Of a stretch of DNA of 64,000 bases, positions 53,701 to 64,000 are shown in pieces. Below the pieces are notes generated by a model. The model was not told the origin of the DNA. It searched no databases and saw nothing but the letters and a program-made list of their open reading frames with translations. The translations under genes were made by a program, and so were the position numbers. Each line of letters begins with the position of its first letter. Positions within the stretch are counted from its first letter, which is position 1. The stretch spans positions 250,666,001 to 250,730,000 of the forward strand of contig OZ024741.1 in assembly GCA_964016885.1 (NCBI GenBank), in the 5' to 3' direction. Source of the stretch: Eledone cirrhosa (Eukaryota).

Positions 53701-56700
53701 TCCAAGGGGAGATAATTTCCAGCCGTGCAAGGGAAGATAATTTCCAGCCGTCCAAGGGGAGATAATTTCCCGCCAGCCAAGGGAAGATAATTTTTAAAAA
53801 AATCAGGCGGAGATTGTAAAAAAATCAGGGGGAGATAATTTTTAAAAAAATCAGGAGGAGATAATTTGTAAAAAAAAATCAGGGGGAGATAATTTGTAAA
53901 AAAAATCAGGGGGAGATAATTTGTAAAAAAAAATCAGGGGGAGATAATTTGTAAAAAAATCAGGGGTAGATAATTTGTAAAAAAAAATCAGGGGGAGATA
54001 ATTTGTAAAAAAAAATCAGGGGGAGATAATTTGTAAAAAAAATCAAGGGGAGATAATTTGCAGCCGTCCAAGGGGAGATAATTTCCAGCCGTCCAAAGAG
54101 AGATAATTTCTAGACGTCCAAGGGGAGATAATTTCCAGCCGTCCAAGGGGAGATAATTTCCAGCCGTCCAAGGGGAGATAATTTTTTAAAATATCAGGTG
54201 GAGATAATTTGTAAAAAAATCAGGGGGAGATAATTTGTAAAAACAAAATCAAGGGCAGATAATTTCCAGCCGTCCAAGGGGAGATAATTTCCCGCCAGCC
54301 AAGGGAAGAAAATTTTTAAAAAAATCAGACGGATATAATTTGTAGAAAAATCAGGGGGAGATAATTTCCAGCCGTCCAAGGGGAGATAATTTTCAGCCGT
54401 GCAAGGAGAGGTAATTTCTAGAGGTCCAAGGGGAGATAATTTCCAGCCGTGCAAGGGGAGATAATTTCCAGCCGTCCAAAGAGAGATAATTTCTAGCCGT
54501 CCAAGGGGAGATAATTTCCAGCCGTGCATGGGGAGATAATTTCCAGCCGTCCAAGGAGAGGTAATTTCTAGCCGTCCAAGGGGAGATAATTTCCAGCCCT
54601 CCAAGGGGAGATAAATTCCAGCCTCCAAGGGGAGATAATTTCCAGCCAGCCAAGGGGAGATAATTTGTAAAAAAATCAGGGGGAGATAATTTGTAAAAAA
54701 AAATCAGGGGGAGATAATTTGTAAAAAAAAATCAGGGGGAGATAATTTGTAAAAAAAAATCAGGGGGAGATAATTTGTAAAAAAAATCAAGGAGAGATAA
54801 TTTTCAGCCGTCCAAGGGGAGATAATTTTCAGCCGTCCAAGGAGAGGTAATTTCTAGCCGTCCAAGGGGATATAATTTCCAGCCGTCCAATGGGAGATAA
54901 TTTCCAGCCGTCCAAGGGGAGATAATTTTTAAAAAAAATCAGGCGGAGATAATTTGTAAAAAATAAATCAGGGGGAGATAATTTGTAAAAAAAAATCAGG
55001 GGGAGATAATTTGTAAAAAAGATCAGGGGGAGATAATTTGTAAAAAATATCAAGGGTAGATAATTTCCAGCCGTCCAAAGAGAGATTATTTCTAGCCGTC
55101 CAAGGGGAGATAATTTCCAGCCAAGGGGAGATAATTTCCAGCCGTCCAAGGGGAGATAATTTCCAGCCGTGCAAGGGGAGATAATTTCCAGCCGTCCAAG
55201 GGGAGATTATTTCCCGCCAGCCAAGGGAAGATAATATTTAAAAAAATCAGGCGGAGATAATTTGTAAAATAAATCAGGGGGAGATAATTTGTAAAAAAAT
55301 CAGGGGGAGATAATTTGTAAAAAAGATCAGGGGGAGATAATTTGTAAAAAAAAATCAGGGGTAGATAATATGTAAAATAAAATCAGGGGGAGATAATTTG
55401 TAAAAAAAAAATCAGGTGGAGATAAATTGTAAAAAAAATCAAGGGGAGATAATTTTCAGCCGTCCAAGGAGGGCTAATTTCTAGCCGTCCAAGGGGAGAT
55501 AATTTCCAGCCGTCCAAGGGGAGATAATTTCCAGCCGTCCAAGGGGAGATAATTTTTTTTAAAAAATCAGGCGGAGATAATTTGTAAAAAAAAAATCAGG
55601 GGGAGATAATTTGTAAAAAAAAATCAGGGGGAGATAATTTGTAAAAAAATCAAGGGGAGATAATTTCAAGCCGTCCAAGGGAAGATAATTTCCAGCCTGC
55701 AAGGGGCTATAATTTCCAGAGTCCAAGGGGAGATAATTTCCAGCCAGCGAAGGGGAGATAATTTTTTTAAAAAAATCACTGGGAGATTTGTAAAAAAAAT
55801 CAGGGGGAGATAATTTGTAAAAAGAATCAAGGGGAGATAATTTCCAACCGTCCAAAGAGAGATAATTTCTAGCCGTCCAAGGGGAGATAATTTCCAGCCA
55901 AGGGGAGATAATTTCCAGCCGTCCAAGGGGAGATAATTTTTTAAAATATAGGTGGAGATAATTTGTAAAAAAATCAGGGGGAGATAATTTGTAAAAATAA
56001 AATCAAGGGCAGATAATTTCCAGCCGTCCAAGGGGAGATAATTTCCAGCCGTGCAAGGGGAGATAATTTGTAAAAAAAATCAGGGGGAGATAATTTCCAG
56101 CCGTCCAAGGGAGATAATTTTCAGCCGTCCAAGGAGAGGTAATTTCTAGCCGCCCAAGGGAAGATAATTTCCAGCCGTCCAAGGAGAGGTAATTTCTAGC
56201 CGTCCAAGGGGAGATAATGTCCAGCCGTCCTAGGGGAGATAATTTCCAGCCGTCCAAGGGGAGATAATTTTTAAAAAAATCAGGCGGAGATAATTTGTAA
56301 AAAAAAAATCAGGGGGAGATAATTTGTAAAAAAAAATCAGGGGGAGATAATTTGTAAAAAAAATCAAGGGGAGATAATTTCCCGCCAGCGAAGGGGAGAT
56401 AATTTTTTTTAAAAAATCACTGGGAGATTTGTAAAAAAAATCAGGGGGAGATAATTTGTAAAAAAAATCAAGGGGAGATAATTTCCAGCCGTCCAAAGAG
56501 AGATAATTTCTAGCCGTCCAAGGGGAGATAATTTCCAGCCAAGGGGAGATAATTTCCAGCCGTCCAAGGGGAGATAATTTTTTAAAAAATCAGGTGGAGA
56601 TAATTTGTAAAAAAAATCAGGGGATGATAATTTGTAAAAACAAAATCAAGGGCAGATAATTTCCAGCCGTCCAAGGGGAGATAATTTCCAGCAGTGCAAG

Positions 56701-57657
56701 GGGAGATAATTTCCAGCCGTCCAAGGGGAGATAATTTCCATCCTTCCAAGGGAAGATAATTTCCAGCCGTCCAAGGGGAGATAATATTTAAAAAAATCAG
56801 GCGGAGATAATTTGTAAAAATATCAGAGGGAGATAATTTGTAAAAAAATCAGGGGGAGATAATTTGTAAAAAAAAAAATCAGGTGGAGATAATTTGTAAA
56901 AAAAATCAGTGGGAGATAATTTGTAAAAAAAAATCAGGGTGAGATAATTTGTAAAAAAATCAGGGGTAGATAATTTGTAAAAAAAAATCAAGGGGAGATA
57001 ATTTCCAGCCGTCCAAAGAGAGATGATTTAAAAAAAAAATCAGGCGGAGATAATTTGTAAAAAAAAATCAGGGGTAGATAATTTGTAAAAAAAATCAGGG
57101 GGAGATAATTTGTAAAAAAAATCAAGGGGAGATAATTTCCAGCCGTCCAAGGGAAGATAATTTCCAGCCAAGGGGAGATAATTTCCAGCCGTCCAAGGGG
57201 AGATAATTTTTTAAAAAATCAGGTGGCGATAATTTGTAAAAAAAATCAAGGGGAGATAATTTGTAAAAACAAAATCAAGGGCCGATAATTTCCAGCTGTC
57301 CAAGGGGAGATAATTTCCAGCCGTGCAAGGGAAGATAACTTCCAGCCGTCCAAGGGGAGATAATTTCCCGCCAGCCAAGGGAAGATAATTTTTAAAAAAA
57401 TCAGGCGTAGATTGTAAAAAAATCAGGGGGAGATAATTTGTAAAAAAATCAGGGGGAGATAATTTGTAAAAAAAAATCAGGGGGAGATAATTTGTAAAAG
57501 AAATCAGGGGGAGATAATTTGTAAAAAAAAATCAGGGGGAGATAATTTGTAAAAAAATCAGGGGTAGATAATTTGTAAAAAAAATCAGGGGGAGATAATT
57601 TGTAAAAAAAAAATCAGGGGGAGATAATTTGTAAAAAAAATCAAGGGGAGATAATTT
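47763..57657 (+). repeat. Near-identical tandem duplication within the satellite, period 4921 bp
   Basis: Pseudo-ORF pairs offset by exactly 4921: 48125/53046, 48559/53480, 49273/54194, 49908/54829, 50638/55559, 51309/56230, 51876/56797. Confidence 0.93.
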
Positions 57658-57859
57658 GCAGCCGTCCAAGGGGAGATAATTTCCAGCCGTCCAAAGAGAG
57701 ATAATTTCTAGCCGTCCAAGGGGAGATAATTTCCAGCCGTCCAAGGGGAGATAATTTCCAGCCGTCCAAGGGGAGATAATTTTTAAAAACATCAGGTGGA
57801 GATAATTTGTAAAAAAATCAGGGGGAGATAATTTGTAAAAACAAAATCAAGGGCAGATA

Positions 57860-60800
57860 ATTTCCAGCCGTCCAAGGGGAGATAATTTCCCGCCAGCCAA
57901 GGGAAGATAATTTTTAAAAAAATCAGGCGGAGATAATTTGAAAAAAAAATCAGGGGGAGATAATTTGTAAAAAAATCAGGGGGAGATAATTTGTAAAAAA
58001 AAAATCAGGGGGAGATAATTTTTTAACAAAATCAGGGGGAGATAATTTGTAAAAAAAAATCAAGGGGAGATAATTTCCAGCCGTCCAAGGAGAGATAATT
58101 TAAAAAAAAATTCAGGCGGAGATAATTTGTAAAAAAAAATCGGGCAGATAATTTGTAAAAAAAATCAGGAGGAGATAATTTGTAAAAAAAATCAAGGGGA
58201 GATAATTTCCAGCCGTCCAAGGGAAGATAATTTCCGGCCAAGGGGAGATAATTTCCAGCCGTCCAAGGGGAGATAATTTTTTAAAAAATCAGGTGGAGAT
58301 AATTTGTAAAAAACATCAGGGGGAGATAATTTGTAAAAACAAAATCAAGGGCAGATAATTTCCAGCTGTCCAAGGGGAGATAATTTCCAGCCGTGCAAGG
58401 GAAGATAATTTCCAGCCGTCCAAGGGGAGATAATTTCCCGCCAGCCAAGGGAAGATAATTTTTAAAAAAATCAGGCGGAGATTGTAAAAAAATCAGGGGG
58501 AGATAATTTGTAAAAAAATCAGGAGGAGATAATTTGTAAAAAAAAATCAGGGGGAGATAATTTGTAAAAAAAATCAGGGGGAGATAATTTGTAAAAAAAA
58601 ATCAGGGGGAGATAATTTGTAAAAAAATCAGGGGTAGATAATTTGTAAAAAAAAATCAGGGGGAGATAATTTGTAAAAAAAAATCAGGGGGAGATAATTT
58701 GTAAAAAAAATCAAGGGGAGATAATTTGCAGCCGTCCAAGGGGAGATAATTTCCAGCCGTCCAAAGAGAGATAATTTCTAGACGTCCAAGGGGAGATAAT
58801 TTCCAGCCGTCCAAGGGGAGATAATTTCCAGCCGTCCAAGGGGAGATAATTTTTTAAAATATCAGGTGGAGATAATTTGTAAAAAAATCAGGGGGAGATA
58901 ATTTGTAAAAACAAAATCAAGGGCAGATAATTTCCAGCCGTCCAAGGGGAGATAATTTCCCGCCAGCCAAGGGAAGATAATTTTTAAAAAAATCAGACGG
59001 AGATAATTTGTAGAAAAATCAGGGGGAGATAATTTCCAGCCGTCCAAGGGGAGATAATTTTCAGCCGTGCAAGGAGAGGTAATTTCTAGAGGTCCAAGGG
59101 GAGATAATTTCCAGCCGTGCAAGGGGAGATAATTTCCAGCCGTCCAAAGAGAGATAATTTCTAGCCGTCCAAGGGGAGATAATTTCCAGCCGTCCAAGGG
59201 GAGATAATTTCCAGCCCTACAAGCAGCTATAATTTCCAGCCGTCCAAAGGGAGATAATTTCCAGCCAGCGAAGGGGAGATAATTTATTTTTAAATTAGGG
59301 GGAGATTTGTAAAAAAAATCAGGGGGAGATAATTTGTAAAAAAAAATCAAGGGGAAATAATTTCCAGCCGTCCAAGGGGAGATAATTTCCAGCCGTTCAA
59401 GGGGAGATAATTTCCAGCCGTCCAAGGGGAGATAATTTTTTTAAAAAAATCAGGCGGAGATAATTTGTAAAAAAAAAATCAGGGGGAGATAATTTGTAAA
59501 AAAAAATCGGGGAGATAATTTGTAAAAAAAAATCAGGGGGAGATAATATGTAAAAAAAATCAAGGGGAGATAATTTCCAGCCGTCCGAGGGAAGATAATT
59601 ACCAGCCATCCAAGGGGCTATAATTTCCAGCGTCCAAGGGGAGATAATTTCCAGCCAGCGAAAGGGAGATTATTTTTTTTTAAAAATCACTGGGAGATTT
59701 GTAAAAAAAATCAGGGGGAGATAATTTGTAAAAAAAATCAAGGGGAGATAATTTCCAGCCGTCCAAAGAGAGATAATTTCTAGCCGTCCAAGGGGAGATA
59801 ATTTCCAGCCGTGCAAGGGGAGATAATTTCCAGCCGTCCAAGGGGAGATAATTTCCATCCTTCCAAGGGGAGATAATTTCCAGCCGTCCAAGGGGAGATT
59901 ATTTCCCGCCAGCCAAGGGAAGATAATATTTAAAAAAATCAGGCGGAGATAATTTGTAAAATAAATCAGGGGGAGATAATTTGTAAAAAAATCAGGGGGA
60001 GATAATTTGTAAAAAATTCAGGGGGAGATAATTTGTAAAAAAAAATCAGGGGTAGATAATATGTAAAATAAGATCAGGGGGAGATAATTTGTAAAAAAAA
60101 AATCAGGGGGAGATAATTTGTAAAAAAAATCAAGGGGAGATAATTTTCAGCCGTCCAAGGAGAGATAATTTCTAGCCGTCCAAGGGGAGATAATTTCCAG
60201 CCGTCCAAGGGGAGATAATTTCCAGCCGTCCAAGGGGAGATAATTTTTTAAAAAAAATCAGGCGGAGATGATTTGTAAAAAAAAAATCAGGGGGAGATAA
60301 TTTGTAAAAAAAAATCAGGGGGAGATAATTTGTAAAAAAAATCAAGGGGAGATAATTTCCAGCCGTCCAAGGGAAGATAATTTCCAGCCTCCAAGGGGCT
60401 ATAATTTCCAGCGTCCAAGGGGAGATAATTTCCAGCCAGCGAAGGGGAGATAATTTTTTTAAAAAAATCACTGGGAGATTTGTAAAAAAAATCAGGGGGA
60501 GATAATTTGTAAAAAGAATCAAGGGTAGATAATTTCCAGCCGTCCAAAGAGAGATAATTTCTAGCCGTCCAAGGGGAGATAATTTCCAGCCAAGGGGAGA
60601 TAATTTCCAGCCGTCCAAGGGGAGATAATTTTTTTAAATATCAGGTGGAGATAATTTGTAAAAAAAATCAGGGGGAGATAATTTGTAAAAACAAAATCAA
60701 GGGCAGATAATTTCCAGCCGTCCAAGGGGAGATAATTTCCAGCCGTGCAAGGGGAGATAATTTGTAAAAAAAATCAGGGGGAGATAATTTCCAGCCGTCC

Positions 60801-63800
60801 AAGGGGAGATAATTTTCAGCCGTCCAAGGAGAGGTAATTTCTAGCCGTCCAAGGGGAGATAATTTCCAGCCGTGCAAGGGGAGATAATTTCCAGCCGTCC
60901 AAGGGGAGATAATTTCCATCCTTCCAAGGGGAGATAATTTCCAGCCGTCCAAGGGGAGATAATTTCCAGCCAGCGAAGGGGAGATAATTTTTTTTTTTAA
61001 ATCAGGGGTAGATTGGTAAAAAAAAATCAGGGGGAGATAATTTGTAAAAAAATCAAGGGGAGATAATTTCCAGCCGTCGAAGGAGAGATAATTTATAGCC
61101 GTCCAAGGGGAGATAATTTCCAGCAAGCCAAGGGAGATAATTTTTTAAAAAAATCAGGCGGAGATGATTTGTAAAAAAAATCAGGTGGAGATAATTTGTT
61201 AAAAAAAATCAGGGGGCGATAATTTCCAGCCGTCCAAGGGGAGATAATTTCCAGCCGTCCAAAGAGAGATAATTTCTAGCCGTCCAAGGGGAGATAATTT
61301 CCAGCCAAGGGGAGATAATTTCCAGCCGTCCAAGGGGAGATAATTTTTTAAAATATCAGGTGGAGATAATTTGTAAAAAAAATCAGGGGGAGATAATTTG
61401 TAAAAACAAAATCAAGGGCAGATAATTTCCAGCCGTCCAAGGGGAGATAATTTCCATCCTTCCAAGGGGAGATAATTTCCAGCCGTCCAAGGGGAGATAA
61501 TTTCCCGCCAGCCAAGGGAAGATAATTTTTAAAAAAATCAGGCGGAGATAATTTGAAAAAAAAATCAGGGGGAGATAATTTGTAAAAAAATCAGGGGGAG
61601 ATAATTTGTAAAAAAAAAATCAGGGGGAGATAATTTTTTAACAAAATCAGGGGGAGATAATTTGTAAAAAAAAATCAAGGGGAGATAATTTCCAGCCGTC
61701 CAAGGAGAGATAATTTAAAAAAAAATTCAGGCGGAGATAATTTGTAAAAAAAAATGGGCAGATAATTTGTAAAAAAAATCAGGAGGAGATAATTTGTAAA
61801 AAAAATCAAGGGGAGATAATTTCCAGCCGTCCAAGGGAAGATAATTTCCGGCCAAGGGGAGATAATTTCCAGCCGTCCAAGGGGAGATAATTTTTTAAAA
61901 AATCAGGTGGAGATAATTTGTAAAAAACATCAGGGGGAGATAATTTGTAAAAACAAAATCAAGGGCAGATAATTTCCAGCTGTCCAAGGGGAGATAATTT
62001 CCAGCCGTGCAAGGGAAGATAATTTCCAGCCGTCCAAGGGGAGATAATTTCCCGCCAGCCAAGGGAAGATAATTTTTAAAAAAATCCGGCGGAGATTGTA
62101 AAAAAATCAGGGGGAGATAATTTGTAAAAAAATCAGGAGGAGATAATTTGTAAAAAAAAATCAGGGGGAGATAATTTGTAAAAAAAATCAGGGGGAGATA
62201 ATTTGTAAAAAAAAATCAGGGGGAGATAATTTGTAAAAAAATCAGGGGTAGATAATTTGTAAAAAAAAATCAGGGGGAGATAATTTGTAAAAAAAATCAG
62301 GGGGAGATAATTTGTAAAAAAAATCAAGGGGAGATAATTTGCAGCCGTCCAAGGGGAGATAATTTCCAGCCGTCCAAAGAGAGATAATTTCTAGACGTCC
62401 AAGGGGAGATAATTTCCAGCCGTCCAAGGGGAGATAATTTCCAGCCGTCCAAGGGGAGATAATTTTTTAAAATATCAGGTGGAGATAATTTGTAAAAAAA
62501 TCAGGGGGAGATAATTTGTAAAAACAAAATCAAGGGCAGATAATTTCCAGCCGTCCAAGGGGAGATAATTTCCCGCCAGCCAAGGGAAGATAATTTTTAA
62601 AAAAATCAGACGGAGATAATTTGTAGAAAAATCAGGGGGAGATAATTTCCAGCCGTCCAAGGGGAGATAATTTTCAGCCGTGCAAGGAGAGGTAATTTCT
62701 AGAGGTCCAAGGGGAGATAATTTCCAGCCGTGCAAGGGGAGATAATTTCCAGCCGTCCAAAGAGAGATAATTTCTAGCCGTCCAAGGGGAGATAATTTCC
62801 AGCCGTCCAAGGGGAGATAATTTCCAGCCCTACAAGCAGCTATAATTTCCAGCCGTCCAAAGGGAGATAATTTCCAGCCAGCGAAGGGGAGATAATTTAT
62901 TTTTAAATTAGGGGGAGATTTGTAAAAAAAATCAGGGGGAGATAATTTGTAAAAAAAATCAAGGGGAAATAATTTCCAGCCGTCCAAGGGGAGATAATTT
63001 CCAGCCGTTCAAGGGGAGATAATTTCCAGCCGTCCAAGGGGAGATAATTTTTTTAAAAAAATCAGGCGGAGATAATTTGTAAAAAAAAAATCAGGGGGAG
63101 ATAATTTGTAAAAAAAAATCGGGGAGATAATTTGTAAAAAAAAATCAGGGGGAGATAATATGTAAAAAAAATCAAGGGGAGATAATTTCCAGCCGTCCGA
63201 GGGAAGATAATTTCCAGCCCTCCAAGGGGCTATAATTTCCAGCGTCCAAGGGGAGATAATTTCCAGCCAGCGAAAGGGAGATTATTTTTTTTTAAAAATC
63301 ACTGGGAGATTTGTAAAAAAAATCAGGGGGAGATAATTTGTAAAAAAAATCAAGGGGAGATAATTTCCAGCCGTCCAAAGAGAGATAATTTCTAGCCGTC
63401 CAAGGGGAGATAATTTCCAGCCGTGCAAGGGGAGATAATTTCCAGCCGTCCAAGGGGAGATAATTTCCATCCTTCCAAGGGGAGATAATTTCCAGCCGTC
63501 CAAGGGGAGATTATTTCCCGCCAGCCAAGGGAAGATAATATTTAAAAAAATCAGGCGGAGATAATTTGTAAAATAAATCAGGGGGAGATAATTTGTAAAA
63601 AAATCAGGGGGAGATAATTTGTAAAAAAATCAGGGGGAGATAATTTGTAAAAAAAAATCAGGGGTAGATAATATGTAAAATAAGATCAGGGGGAGATAAT
63701 TTGTAAAAAAAAAATCAGGGGGAGATAATTTGTAAAAAAAATCAAGGGGAGATAATTTTCAGCCGTCCAAGGAGAGGTAATTTCTAGCCGTCCAAGGGGA

Positions 63801-64000
63801 GATAATTTCCAGCCGTCCAAGGGGAGATAATTTCCAGCCGTCCAAGGGGAGATAATTTTTTAAAAAAAATCAGGCGGAGATGATTTGTAAAAAAAAAATC
63901 AGGGGGAGATAATTTGTAAAAAAAAATCAGGGGGAGATAATTTGTAAAAAAAATCAAGGGGAGATAATTTCCAGCCGTCCAAGGGAAGATAATTTCCAGC
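57860..64000 (+). repeat. Second duplication within the satellite, period ~3612-3615 bp, second copy cut by the window end
   Basis: The rare variant TTTTAACAAAATCAGG is at ~58021 and ~61636; pseudo-ORF pairs 58862/62475 and 59670/63282. Confidence 0.88.

Larger units (their letters stand above)
36411..64000 (+). repeat. Two-monomer satellite array: A = CCAGCCGTCCAAGGGGAGATAATTT (25 bp), B = GT(A)7-10TCAGGGGGAGATAATTT (~26-29 bp); roughly 1000 monomers, right end not seen
   Basis: Continuous, single orientation, shared core GGGGAGATAATTT, alternating short runs of A and B. The count is estimated as 27.6 kb / ~26 bp. Confidence 0.98.

Noticed and set aside
36526-63503. Many minus-strand ORFs with LDGWKLSPLGRLEIISPWTAGNYLP repeats
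   Set aside because: The reverse complement of the 25-bp monomer has no stop in any frame, so three monomers give this 25-aa cycle automatically. The ORFs overlap in all frames, mostly start at TTG, and frameshift at variable T-tracts.
36411-64000. CRISPR-like look (constant core plus spacer)
   Set aside because: The core is only ~13 bp, the spacers are two recurring ~12-15 bp types rather than unique 25-45 bp sequences, and there is no leader or cas gene.
36411-64000. G-quadruplex array from G4-5 runs in each monomer
   Set aside because: G-runs are ~21-24 nt apart, well beyond usual loop lengths.

Overview
This window is entirely non-coding, AT-rich tandem-repeat DNA of a kind typical of eukaryotic heterochromatin. 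I cannot name the organism. It has two abutting arrays. (1) Positions 1..~36414 are a head-to-tail macrosatellite: six near-identical ~6 kb units (starts 1, 6020, 12153, 18298, 24310, 30256) plus a 56-bp stub at 36359. Each unit contains degenerate 10-11 bp CCATTAAAA/TTTTAATGG repeats in both orientations, a 2x65-bp purine-rich duplication, 12-mer, (AAAAT)n and (AT)n simple repeats, two short complex islands, and a ~395-bp near-perfect spacerless palindrome. (2) Positions ~36411..64000 are a satellite of two monomer types (25 bp and ~26-29 bp) that share the core GGGGAGATAATTT. The monomers follow an ordered transition grammar and the array contains kb-scale duplications (4921 bp, ~3613 bp). 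All listed ORFs are translation artefacts of the repeats. I see no supportable gene, RNA gene, CRISPR array or transposase, and no direct evidence of a new enzymatic system. The best leads are structural: the repeated palindrome, the foldback-like unit architecture, helically phased T/A tracts, and the two-monomer satellite grammar. All comparisons were made by eye, so boundaries of degenerate blocks are approximate.
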